Position numbers and translations under genes: made by a program | DNA from: Armatimonadota bacterium | Lineage (GTDB): Bacteria; Armatimonadota; Zipacnadia; Zipacnadales; UBA5352 | Length of the DNA stretch: 44,540 nucleotides | Assembly: GCA_034722055.1 (NCBI GenBank) | Contig: JAYENL010000077.1 | Location: forward strand, 1 to 44,540 | Direction: 5' to 3' | Shown here: piece after piece, positions 8,396 to 16,191 of the stretch | Numbering within the stretch: position 1 is the first letter of the stretch | Layout: every line of letters begins with the position of its first letter | The notes under the pieces: model-generated | What the model saw: the letters and a program-made list of their open reading frames with translations, nothing else | Told to the model about the DNA's origin: nothing | Databases searched by the model: none

Positions 8396-9877
8396 ATGAG
8401 CTACAGCATCTACTGGGGCGACATTCACAACCATAACGCCGTCGGGTACGCGAAGGGCTCGCTGTTGCGATCCTTCGAGATCGCCCGCGAGCACCTGGAC
8501 TTCTTCGCCCACACCGGGCACTCGCAGTGGCCCGACATGCCCATCATGCCCGAGAACGCGCACATGCACTGGGTGGAGGGCTTCGCAGTCATGCGCCGCT
8601 CCTGGCCGACCGTCAAGCGCATGACTCGCACCTGGAATGAGCCGGGCCAGTTCGTGTCTCTCCTGGGCTGGGAGTTCCACTCCAGCTCCTGGGGCGACTA
8701 CCACATCCTCTTTCCCGACGATGAGGGCGAGCTGCGCTACTTCGCGACGCTCGACGTGCTGAAGGCCTACGCCCGGAAGGCTGGCGCCCTGCTGATCCCC
8801 CACCACCCCGGCTACCCGCGGCTGTGGCGAGGGCAGCTCTGGGAGCACGTGGACACGGATATCTCCCCCATCGCCGAGATCATCTCCGAGCACGGCGGGG
8901 CCGAGCGCGACCGCGGGCTTCACGACTACATCCGGCACTCCATGGGCGGGCGCGCCACCGACAGCACCTGGCAGCACGCGCTCGATGAGGGCATGAGGCT
9001 GGGCTGCGTGGGCTCCACCGACGACCACCTGGGCTTCCCGGGCGCGTGGGGGGAGGGCATCGCGGCGGTGCTGGCGGAAGAGCTTACGCGCGAGGCGGTG
9101 TTCGAGGCGCTGAAGAGGCGCCGCTGCTACGCCGTCACCGGCGACCGCATCGAGATCGACTTCACCCTCAACGGCCATCCCATGGGCAGCGAGCTTCCCG
9201 TCACGGACATCCGCGAGATCGGCGTCTCCGTCACCGGATGGGACGAACTCAGCATGGTGGAGCTGATCCGCAACGGTGAGCCCATCGCGCGGACCTTCGG
9301 CCGGCAGAAGCCTCCGCTCGAGCCCTGGCCGGGCCGGGCGCGATGTCACGTGCGCTACGGCTGGGGACCGTGGGCAACGCTGGGCATGCCGCGGACCTGC
9401 GACTGGACCATGCGCTTGAGCGTCGAGGGTGGTACGATCCGCGAGGCACTCCCCGCCTGGCAGTCCGGGCCCTACGACGAGGATCGGCGCGACCGCGTGC
9501 TGGAGCGCACGGACACGATTTGCCGCTGGCAGTCCTTCACCGCCCGCGAGGGGGCCTTCGCCGAGGACCCCACCAAGCGGATGTACTTCGACGTCGAAGG
9601 CCCCGCCGACGCCACTGTGCGCCTGGAGGTGACTGAGCCCTCGCAGCACGTCGTGGAGCGCATGCTGGGCGAGCTGGCGGCACAGTCGGTGACGGAGTTC
9701 ACGGGGCCCTTCACCAGCGAGAACTTCCAGATCGAACGCCTGGTGCTGCCGGTGTCGTACCAGGCGTCGATGGAGGTAGAGGACGAGGGGTCCGGGGACG
9801 GGGCGGATTACTACTACGTGCGCGTGACGCAGGCGAATGGGCAGATGGCGTGGTCGAGTCCCATCTGGGTGGGATGA
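8396..9877 (+). CDS. Second DUF3604 / PHP-like metallohydrolase
   Basis: YWGDIHNHN, LDFFAHTGHS, FVSLLGWEFH, IPHHPGY, GCVGSTDDHLGFPG, AVLAEELTREAVFEALKRRRCYA and YYYVRVTQANGQMAWSSPIWV. Confidence 0.78.
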   Translation: MSYSIYWGDIHNHNAVGYAKGSLLRSFEIAREHLDFFAHTGHSQWPDMPIMPENAHMHWVEGFAVMRRSWPTVKRMTRTWNEPGQFVSLLGWEFHSSSWGDYHILFPDDEGELRYFATLDVLKAYARKAGALLIPHHPGYPRLWRGQLWEHVDTDISPIAEIISEHGGAERDRGLHDYIRHSMGGRATDSTWQHALDEGMRLGCVGSTDDHLGFPGAWGEGIAAVLAEELTREAVFEALKRRRCYAVTGDRIEIDFTLNGHPMGSELPVTDIREIGVSVTGWDELSMVELIRNGEPIARTFGRQKPPLEPWPGRARCHVRYGWGPWATLGMPRTCDWTMRLSVEGGTIREALPAWQSGPYDEDRRDRVLERTDTICRWQSFTAREGAFAEDPTKRMYFDVEGPADATVRLEVTEPSQHVVERMLGELAAQSVTEFTGPFTSENFQIERLVLPVSYQASMEVEDEGSGDGADYYYVRVTQANGQMAWSSPIWVG

Positions 9878-9989
9878 CGGCGGCGCGGGGAGGGCGATGG
9901 CATGCCAATAGGACAAGCAGGATGCGGGCCCTGCTGGCCGGACAGGATATGGCGCTTGGGGGGGGTGTGGGTGGCAGCGGTGTGAACGG

Positions 9990-10030
9990 CAACGGCCGGG
10001 CGAGCAAGGAAGCTCGCCCCTCCTGACGGC
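9990..10030 (-). repeat. REP-like element (CGTnnGGAG-hairpin-GCCGTT family), copy 1
   Basis: Reverse complement reads GCCGTCAGGAG-GGGCGAGC-ttcctt-GCTCGCCC-GGCCGTTG. It matches the copies at 40730 and 40916 with a compensatory stem change. Confidence 0.8.
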
Positions 10031-10100
10031 CCTGCATTACCCGCGTGTTGCGGGAGGTCAGCGACAAAGTTGAGCCCGGGCTCGGGCATGTGTTGTCCTG

Positions 10101-10475
10101 GTGCGGAGGGGCCGCACGACGAGGGGCGCGAAGCGCCCCGAGGAGGTCGGCCCAACACCGCTGGAGCTGATCCGGCCCGAGCGCGAGGGCTCGACGAAGC
10201 TGAGCCTGGCGCAGGCCACGGTCGAACCGGGTGCCAGCACGCATCGTCATATCCACCGCCAGGCCGAGGAGGTCTACTACGTGCTCTCCGGCGAGGGCGC
10301 GGTGGAGGTGGGGGGCGCGGTCGAGCGTGTCGGTCCCGGTGATGCGCGGCTTATCCCGCCTGGGGTGGAGCACCGTGTCACGGCTATCGGGGCAGAGCCG
10401 CTGGTGATCCTCTGCGCGTGCTCGCCGCCTTACCGGCACGAGGACACGGAGCTCACGGAGCCAGTGCGAGTCTGA
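10101..10475 (+). CDS. Cupin domain protein (start uncertain)
   Basis: LSLAQATVEPGASTHRHIHRQAEEVYYVLSGEG...GDARLIPPGVEHRV contains cupin motifs 1 and 2. The first ~20 codons do not look family-like. Confidence 0.8.
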   Translation: MRRGRTTRGAKRPEEVGPTPLELIRPEREGSTKLSLAQATVEPGASTHRHIHRQAEEVYYVLSGEGAVEVGGAVERVGPGDARLIPPGVEHRVTAIGAEPLVILCACSPPYRHEDTELTEPVRV

Positions 10476-10482
10476 GGCTGAC

Positions 10483-10773
10483 ATGGATATCGACGCGCGG
10501 ATCGCGCAAGTGGCGGCGACGACGGGCAAGCGGCTGATCGTGCGGCCGGTGCGCACACCGGAGCGCGACCTCCGCGGCTACGTGGAGGTGCGGCCGGCCT
10601 CGGTGCTGATCGAGTACGTGGAGGAGCTTCCCGGGTTCTTCTGGGGGTACGAGCTGCTGGAGCGGCTGCTGGCGTGGGTGGAGGAGGGCGGCGGCTCAGC
10701 GTGGTTCTACGAGTGCAACGGCAGACTCGTGCACGTGCCCGCTGAGGGCGACCGGAGGCCATGCGAGGGATAG
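10483..10773 (+). CDS. Hypothetical protein (96 aa)
   Basis: GAGG RBS, GC3-rich host-like codon usage, and it fills the gap between the cupin and foldase genes exactly. Confidence 0.7.
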   Translation: MDIDARIAQVAATTGKRLIVRPVRTPERDLRGYVEVRPASVLIEYVEELPGFFWGYELLERLLAWVEEGGGSAWFYECNGRLVHVPAEGDRRPCEG

Positions 10774-10774
10774 C

Positions 10775-11758
10775 ATGTTTGCGACGATGCATCGACGCGT
10801 GCTGTGCCGAATCCGAGCCATCATCATCGCCGCCCTGGCAGCGCTGCTGGTTGGCGCCCTGGGCTCGTGTACGCCCACCGAGCGGCAGGGGGTCGTGGCC
10901 CGGGTCGGCGACGAGGCGATCACCGCGACGCAGCTCATCCGGGAGCTGAGAGCCCGTCGGGGGCCGTCCACGCTGGTGGCGATGATCGACGGTCAGCTTA
11001 TTCGCCAGGCCGCTGCCGAGGCGGGCATTGAGGTCACCCAGGAGGAGATGCGGCTGCGCTGGGAGCGCGCCGTCGCGGAGGCCGGCTCCGAGGCGGACCT
11101 GGACGCCGTGCTGGAGCGGCGGGGGCTCAGCCGCGAGCGGCTGCGGGAGATGCTGCACACCGACCTGCTCCTCGACAAGCTGGCACGAGAGACCATGGCC
11201 ATCGACGAGCAGGAGGTCAAGGACTTCTACCAGGAGCACAGGGAGGACTACGAGCTGGGCGAGCGTGTGAAGGCCCGTATGATCATGCTCAACAGCAAGT
11301 CCGACGCCCAGGCCGTGCTGGAGACGCTGAACGTCGGCGGCGACTTCGCCGGACTTGCCAAGGCGGTCTCCATCGACCCCGCGACGCGCGACCAGAGCGG
11401 GGACATGGGCTGGTTCGAGCGCGAGGACTACGCCACGGCCATCACCGACGCCGCCTTCGCGGCGGAGGCGGGCGAGCTTGTGGGGCCCATCGAGGCCCCC
11501 GACGGCTGGGTCCTGCTGAAGGTGGAGGGCCATAAGCCGCCCGGCCATAAGCCGCTGGAGGAGGTGCGCGACGAGGTGACGGCGCGCATCCGGCGGGCCA
11601 AGCTTCCCTCCGCGCGGGCGGAGTGGATGCGCCGGGCGCGGGAGGAGGCCACCATCGAGATCCGGGACGATGAGCTGCGGGAGGAGACGCGCCGGCTGTT
11701 GGAGCACGCCCCGCCGCCTCAGCCCGTCACGCTGCTGCCCGTGCCCCCGGCGCAGTAG
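10775..11758 (+). CDS. PrsA/SurA-like parvulin peptidyl-prolyl isomerase (foldase), probable lipoprotein
   Basis: Hydrophobic leader ending LGSC, VVARVGDEAIT (SurA-N-like), and rotamase motifs VKARMIM, GGDFAGLAKAVSID, SGDMGWF and GPIEAPDGW. Confidence 0.88.
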   Translation: MFATMHRRVLCRIRAIIIAALAALLVGALGSCTPTERQGVVARVGDEAITATQLIRELRARRGPSTLVAMIDGQLIRQAAAEAGIEVTQEEMRLRWERAVAEAGSEADLDAVLERRGLSRERLREMLHTDLLLDKLARETMAIDEQEVKDFYQEHREDYELGERVKARMIMLNSKSDAQAVLETLNVGGDFAGLAKAVSIDPATRDQSGDMGWFEREDYATAITDAAFAAEAGELVGPIEAPDGWVLLKVEGHKPPGHKPLEEVRDEVTARIRRAKLPSARAEWMRRAREEATIEIRDDELREETRRLLEHAPPPQPVTLLPVPPAQ

Positions 11759-11952
11759 GTGGCAGGGCCTGTGTCTCAGGCGCTTGGGCTTGGGTGCGCA
11801 CCAACGGCAATCGGCCGTTGTGCTTCGGCCTGCTGGAAGCCGGCCCCACTTATCTATCTCTCTGGGGGGCCGCAACCCGGGTGAGTACTGGGGCGCCCTC
11901 GCCCGCGCGCCGTTTGGCTGAGGTAGCCAAGGGTCCAGTGGCGCTTCGCGCC

Positions 11953-12021
11953 ATGAGCCGGCGAGGGCGCCGGCTTCCCAAGGATGGAATGAGCCGGCGA
12001 GGGTGCCGGCTTCCCAGGATG
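11953..12021. repeat. Two tandem ~34-bp palindromic units (period 36)
   Basis: ATGAGCCGGCGAGGG(C/T)GCCGGCTTCCCA(A)GGATG at 11953 and 11989, each folding into an AGCCGGC stem. Confidence 0.85.
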
Positions 12022-12040
12022 ACATAGTCAGTATTGCTGG

Positions 12041-12160
12041 GGCGCGGGGAGAGACGCCGTAGGGTCTCCGTGTGGGTCCGTGGCCGCGGGTAGAGACGGG
12101 CAGGCGCGTCCGGGTGAGGATGCGGCGCGGGGAGAGACGCCGAAGCGTCTCCGGAGACGC
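12041..12160. repeat. Two 30-bp direct repeats plus a degenerate middle copy (GAGACG-hairpin type)
   Basis: GGCGCGGGGAGAGACGCCG(T/A)AG(G/C)GTCTCCG at 12041-12070 and 12124-12153 (28/30 identical). A degenerate GTAGAGACG copy lies near 12083, and there is a 16-bp perfect palindrome at 12145-12160. Confidence 0.8.
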
Positions 12161-12213
12161 TCGTGCGCGAGTTCCGCCGGCACTACGGAGTCGGTCCCTC
12201 GGGCGGAAGCCAG

Positions 12214-12242
12214 TTGCCGGCTGTGGGTCTGTGGGCTATAAT
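12214..12242 (+). promoter_or_regulatory. Sigma70-type promoter for iscU-DUF58
   Basis: TTGCCG (12214-12219), 17-bp spacer, TATAAT (12237-12242). Confidence 0.75.
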
Positions 12243-12308
12243 GCCCGTGACCCGAGAGGAGCCACGCCCTGCACCGACACCACCTGAGTGCAAGTGAGCT
12301 GAGGCTGG

Positions 12309-12770
12309 ATGCAGTACTCCGAGAAGGTGATGGAGCACTTCCAGAATCCCCGGAACGTGGGCGTGCTGGAGGACGCTGACGCCGTGGGAGAGGTCGGGAA
12401 TCCGCGCTGCGGCGACATCATGAAGATCACGATGAAGATCGATGACGAGGGGGAGGTCATCGAGGACATCAACTTCCAGACCTTCGGCTGCGGTGCGGCC
12501 ATCGCCGTGAGCTCCGTGCTCACTGAGATGGTCAAGGGCAAGACCATCGAGGAGGCGCTGCAGGTGGATAACCACGCGGTGGTGGAGGAGCTGGGTGGGC
12601 TGCCTCAGATAAAGGTGCACTGCTCGGTCCTGGGCGAAGAGGGCATCGCTGCGGCCGCAAAGGACTACTACGACAAGCATCCCGAGAAGACGCCGCCCCC
12701 GGTTCTGGCGGAGAAGGTCAAGCGCCTGGCGGCGGTTGAGACACACGAGCACGGAGAGCAGGAGCGGTGA
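12309..12770 (+). CDS. iscU: Fe-S cluster assembly scaffold, IscU/NifU-N type
   Basis: YSEKVMEHFQNPRNVG, GNPRCGDIM, FQTFGCGAAIA and LGGLPQIKVHCS; the three Cys ligands and the conserved Asp are present. Confidence 0.93.
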   Translation: MQYSEKVMEHFQNPRNVGVLEDADAVGEVGNPRCGDIMKITMKIDDEGEVIEDINFQTFGCGAAIAVSSVLTEMVKGKTIEEALQVDNHAVVEELGGLPQIKVHCSVLGEEGIAAAAKDYYDKHPEKTPPPVLAEKVKRLAAVETHEHGEQER

Positions 12771-13672
12771 CTGAGCGCCCCACAGTGGCGGAGGGCGTGG
12801 ACGCCGAGCTGCTGGCCTCGCTGTCATCGATGGAGCTGCGGGCCCGCGCCATCGTGGAGGGCTACTACTCCGGCCAGCATCGCAGCCCCTATCGCGGCGC
12901 CTCCGTGGAGTTCGCCGACCACCGGCAGTACACCCACGGCGACGAGCTGCGGCACCTCGACTGGCGCCTCTACGGCCGCACCGACCGCTTCTTTGTGAAG
13001 CAGTATGAGGCTGAGACGAACCTCACCGTCCACCTGCTGCTCGACGCCAGCGGCTCCATGGGCTATCCCGAGCGCGGCGTCACCAAGCTCACCTGCGCGA
13101 GTTGGCTGGCAGCCGGCCTGGCATATGTCGCCTGGCGGCAGCGCGACGCCATGGGTCTGACGGTCTTCGACTCCGCGGCCCGCACCGAGCTGGCGCCGCG
13201 CACCCGCAGAGGGCACCTGCACCAGGTCTTCGAGGCCCTGGAGGCCGTGGCACCCGGCGGCGAGAGCAGCATCGGAGAGGCGCTGGAGGGCATCGGCGCA
13301 GGGCTGCAGCGGCGCGGCCTGGTGGTGGTACTCTCGGACCTGCTGGGCGAGCCGAGGGGCATCCTGCAGGCTTTGGGGCTGCTTCGCAGCCGCGGTCACG
13401 ATGCCATCGTCATGCAGGTGCTGGCGCGCGGCGAGCTGCATCTGGGCCTGCGCGGGCCGAGCATCGTGGAGGACCTGGAGACCGGCCAGCGACTGATCAC
13501 CGATGCCGACGAGGTGCGCGAGGAGTACGAGGAGGCGATACGCCGGCACGTGGAGCGGCTGCGGGATGGCTGCGCGCGCCACGGCATCGACCACGAGCTG
13601 TTCGTGACCGATCGGCCCTTCGGCCCGGCGCTGGTGGCGTATCTGGCTCGGAGGCGCAGGCGGACCGGGTGA
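12767..13672 (+). CDS. DUF58 family vWA protein (MoxR-associated type)
   Basis: GQHRSPYRGASVEFADHRQYTHGDELRHLDWRLYGRTDRFFVKQYEAETN, MIDAS motif LLDASGSM and VLSDLL. GTGA overlap with iscU. Confidence 0.92.
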   Translation: MTERPTVAEGVDAELLASLSSMELRARAIVEGYYSGQHRSPYRGASVEFADHRQYTHGDELRHLDWRLYGRTDRFFVKQYEAETNLTVHLLLDASGSMGYPERGVTKLTCASWLAAGLAYVAWRQRDAMGLTVFDSAARTELAPRTRRGHLHQVFEALEAVAPGGESSIGEALEGIGAGLQRRGLVVVLSDLLGEPRGILQALGLLRSRGHDAIVMQVLARGELHLGLRGPSIVEDLETGQRLITDADEVREEYEEAIRRHVERLRDGCARHGIDHELFVTDRPFGPALVAYLARRRRRTG

Positions 13673-13815
13673 GTGGTGCCGCATGCAGATGCCCGACGCC
13701 CGCGCCGGGGAGCCAGAGGCTCACGCCCGTGTCCATGTCGCACGGCTGTGATTGCTGTTGAGCGCGCGCTCTGCCCAGGCAACGCACTCGCACGAACTGC
13801 CCCCAAGCCCCCAAG

Positions 13816-13844
13816 TTGACAGGCCACTGTCGGTGGTCTATACT
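13816..13844 (+). promoter_or_regulatory. Near-consensus sigma70 promoter for recJ
   Basis: TTGACA (13816-13821), 17-bp spacer, TATACT (13839-13844). Confidence 0.85.
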
Positions 13845-13884
13845 CGGGCAAACACGGCCCCGGAGGACACGAGCGATTGCGACA

Positions 13885-15597
13885 ATGACCTTCAGCCGCG
13901 GCACCGACTGGATCATCACGCCCCGCGACCGTGACGCAGAACAGCGACTGGCGCGGGAGCTGGCAATCCACCCGATACTGGCCGCGATACTGGTGGGACG
14001 GGGCCGTGGCGAGCCCTCGCAGGCGGAACGTTTTCTGAGGCCGTCGCTGGATGAGCTGCACGATCCCTTCCTTCTGCCGGACATGGAGCCGGCCGTAGAG
14101 CGACTTCTGCGAGCTCTCCAGCAGCGCGAGCCCATCCTGGTCCACGGCGACTACGACGCTGACGGCATCACCTCCGCAGCGCTGCTGGTGCGCTTCCTCA
14201 GCGTGCTGGGCGCCAATGTGCACTACTTCCTGCCCCACCGGTTCGAGGACTCCTACGGGTTGAGCGAACGGGCCGTGCGCGCCTCCGCCGGGCGGGCCGA
14301 GCTGATCATCGCGGTGGACTGCGGGGTGCGGGATCATCAGGCTGTCGGCCGCGCCTGTGCGCAGGGGCAGGACGTCATCGTGGTGGATCATCACGAGCCC
14401 GGCGGGCAGCTCCCCGAGGGCGCCCTGGTGGTGGACCCAAAGCGCCCGGCCTCGGAGTATCCCGAGCGGGAGCTGGCGGCGGTGGGGCTGGCCTTCAAGC
14501 TGGCCTCGGCGGTCTGCCAGCGCCTGGAGATGCCGCAGAAGTCCCTGCAGCGGGCCTTCCTGGACCTGGTGGCCATCGGCACCATCGCGGACGTCTCGCC
14601 GCTGACGGGCGAGAACCGGGTGCTGGTCGGGGCCGGCCTGCAGCTTCTGCCCTACAGCCGGAAGGTCGGCCTGCAGGTGCTGCTGGAGCTGTGCGAGCTG
14701 GGCGAGAGCGTCAGCGCCCGCGACGTGGCCTTCCGCATCGGCCCGCGGCTGAACGCCGTGGGACGGATGGCGGATGCCACCGATGCTCTGGAGCTGCTGC
14801 TCACCGACGACGAGATGGCGGCGCGCAGGAGCGCCCTGCATCTCGACAGCCTCAACCGCCAGCGCCGCAGCGAGCAGGATCAGACCCTCCGCGAGGCGCT
14901 GCAGATGATCGAGCGAGAGGTGGACCTGGAGCGGGATCGGGTGGTGGTGCTGGCGCGGCAGGGCTGGCATCGCGGAGTGGTGGGCATTGTGGCCTCCAAG
15001 GTGCTGGAGACGACGGGCCTGCCGACGCTGCTGATCGCGGTCGAGGGGGATCAGGGCCGGGGCTCGGCGCGCAGCATTGCCGCCTTCAACGTTGCGGAGG
15101 CCCTGGGGGCCTGCGACGACCTCCTGGACCGCTACGGCGGGCACTCGCTGGCCGCCGGCTGCGAGCTGCACGTGGACCGCGTGGCGGAGCTGCGCGAGCG
15201 GCTCAACGGGCTGGGCCGGGAGAGCATCAGCGAGGAGGACCTTCGGCAGCGGGTGCGCGCCGATGCCGAGGTGGCCCTCTCGGAGGTGGATCAGGAGCTG
15301 GCGGTGCAGCTTTCTGCCCTGGAGCCGTGCGGCGAGGGCAACCCGGAGCCGCTGCTGGTGGCGCGCGGGGTGACGGTCAAGCAGGCGCGGACGGTGGGCG
15401 CCGGCGGCAAGCACCTCAAGCTGCTGGTGGAGGGTGGCGGCCGCCACCTTGACTGCATCGGCTTCGGGCTGGCGGATGCCCTCTCCCACACCCGTTCGGG
15501 CAGCCGCGTGGACCTGTGCTTCACGCCGAAGATGGACGACTACACGGGAGTGCCCAGGCTGCAGCTTCAGCTTGAGGACATCCGGCCGGCGACGTAA
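13885..15597 (+). CDS. recJ: Single-stranded DNA-specific exonuclease RecJ
   Basis: HGDYDADGITS, IAVDCG, VVDHH (DHH), LVAIGTIADV, GPRLNAVGR, GRGSARS and RYGGHSLAAG. The track's TTG start at 13816 is actually the -35 box. Confidence 0.96.
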   Translation: MTFSRGTDWIITPRDRDAEQRLARELAIHPILAAILVGRGRGEPSQAERFLRPSLDELHDPFLLPDMEPAVERLLRALQQREPILVHGDYDADGITSAALLVRFLSVLGANVHYFLPHRFEDSYGLSERAVRASAGRAELIIAVDCGVRDHQAVGRACAQGQDVIVVDHHEPGGQLPEGALVVDPKRPASEYPERELAAVGLAFKLASAVCQRLEMPQKSLQRAFLDLVAIGTIADVSPLTGENRVLVGAGLQLLPYSRKVGLQVLLELCELGESVSARDVAFRIGPRLNAVGRMADATDALELLLTDDEMAARRSALHLDSLNRQRRSEQDQTLREALQMIEREVDLERDRVVVLARQGWHRGVVGIVASKVLETTGLPTLLIAVEGDQGRGSARSIAAFNVAEALGACDDLLDRYGGHSLAAGCELHVDRVAELRERLNGLGRESISEEDLRQRVRADAEVALSEVDQELAVQLSALEPCGEGNPEPLLVARGVTVKQARTVGAGGKHLKLLVEGGGRHLDCIGFGLADALSHTRSGSRVDLCFTPKMDDYTGVPRLQLQLEDIRPAT

Positions 15598-15685
15598 CGA
15601 GACCACCGTGACGCTCTACTGACGTGCGGGCTGGACGATGACGGGGCGGCGCATCCCTCGTCGGTGGCAAGGAGATGGTTGATCG

Positions 15686-16084
15686 GTGACAAAGACCTTC
15701 GCACTTCCGACAAGCTCGCGGCGACAGGTGCTTGACATCACAAGCGAGGTCTCGGAGATCATCAGCAACTGGGACGTCTCGTCGGGGCTGTGCACGGTCT
15801 CGGTGCCACACTGCACCTGTGCCGTCTACGTCAACGAGCACGAGGACGGTCTCGTCCGGGACGTGCTGACGCTTCTCGACGGCCTCGTCGCCGGCGAGGA
15901 GTGGCATCACGACCGCATCGACCACAACGCCGACGCCCATCTGAGCGCCACAGTGCTGGGCAACAGCGTCCTGATCCCGGTGGAGGGGGGCAACCTGGTG
16001 CTGGGCACCTGGCAGCGCGTGCTGCTGGTGGAGCTCGACGGACCCAGACACCGGCGTGTAAACGTGACGCTTATCGGCGGCTGA
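15686..16084 (+). CDS. yjbQ: YjbQ / UPF0047 family protein (secondary thiamine-phosphate synthase)
   Basis: VPHCTCAVYVNE, WHHDRIDHNADAHL and LVLGTWQRVLLVELDGPR. Confidence 0.9.
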   Translation: MTKTFALPTSSRRQVLDITSEVSEIISNWDVSSGLCTVSVPHCTCAVYVNEHEDGLVRDVLTLLDGLVAGEEWHHDRIDHNADAHLSATVLGNSVLIPVEGGNLVLGTWQRVLLVELDGPRHRRVNVTLIGG

Positions 16085-16191
16085 GCCCGCCGCGGCCATC
16101 ACATCCGCCCCGCCCGCTTCCCGGCGCCGCGTTCCGGCGCCGGGAGGGCCGTGATGCACCTGCACAGATGACGACGGGAGAGTGCGAGGCG

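Noticed and set aside
6224..9916. 1230-aa minus-strand ORF
   Set aside because: It lies antisense to two well-supported genes and has no motifs. It is a stop-poor shadow frame typical of high GC3.
11953..12160. Possible mini-CRISPR array
   Set aside because: Only 2-3 units per repeat type, spacers of 2-12 nt rather than ~30-40 nt unique spacers, and no cas genes.
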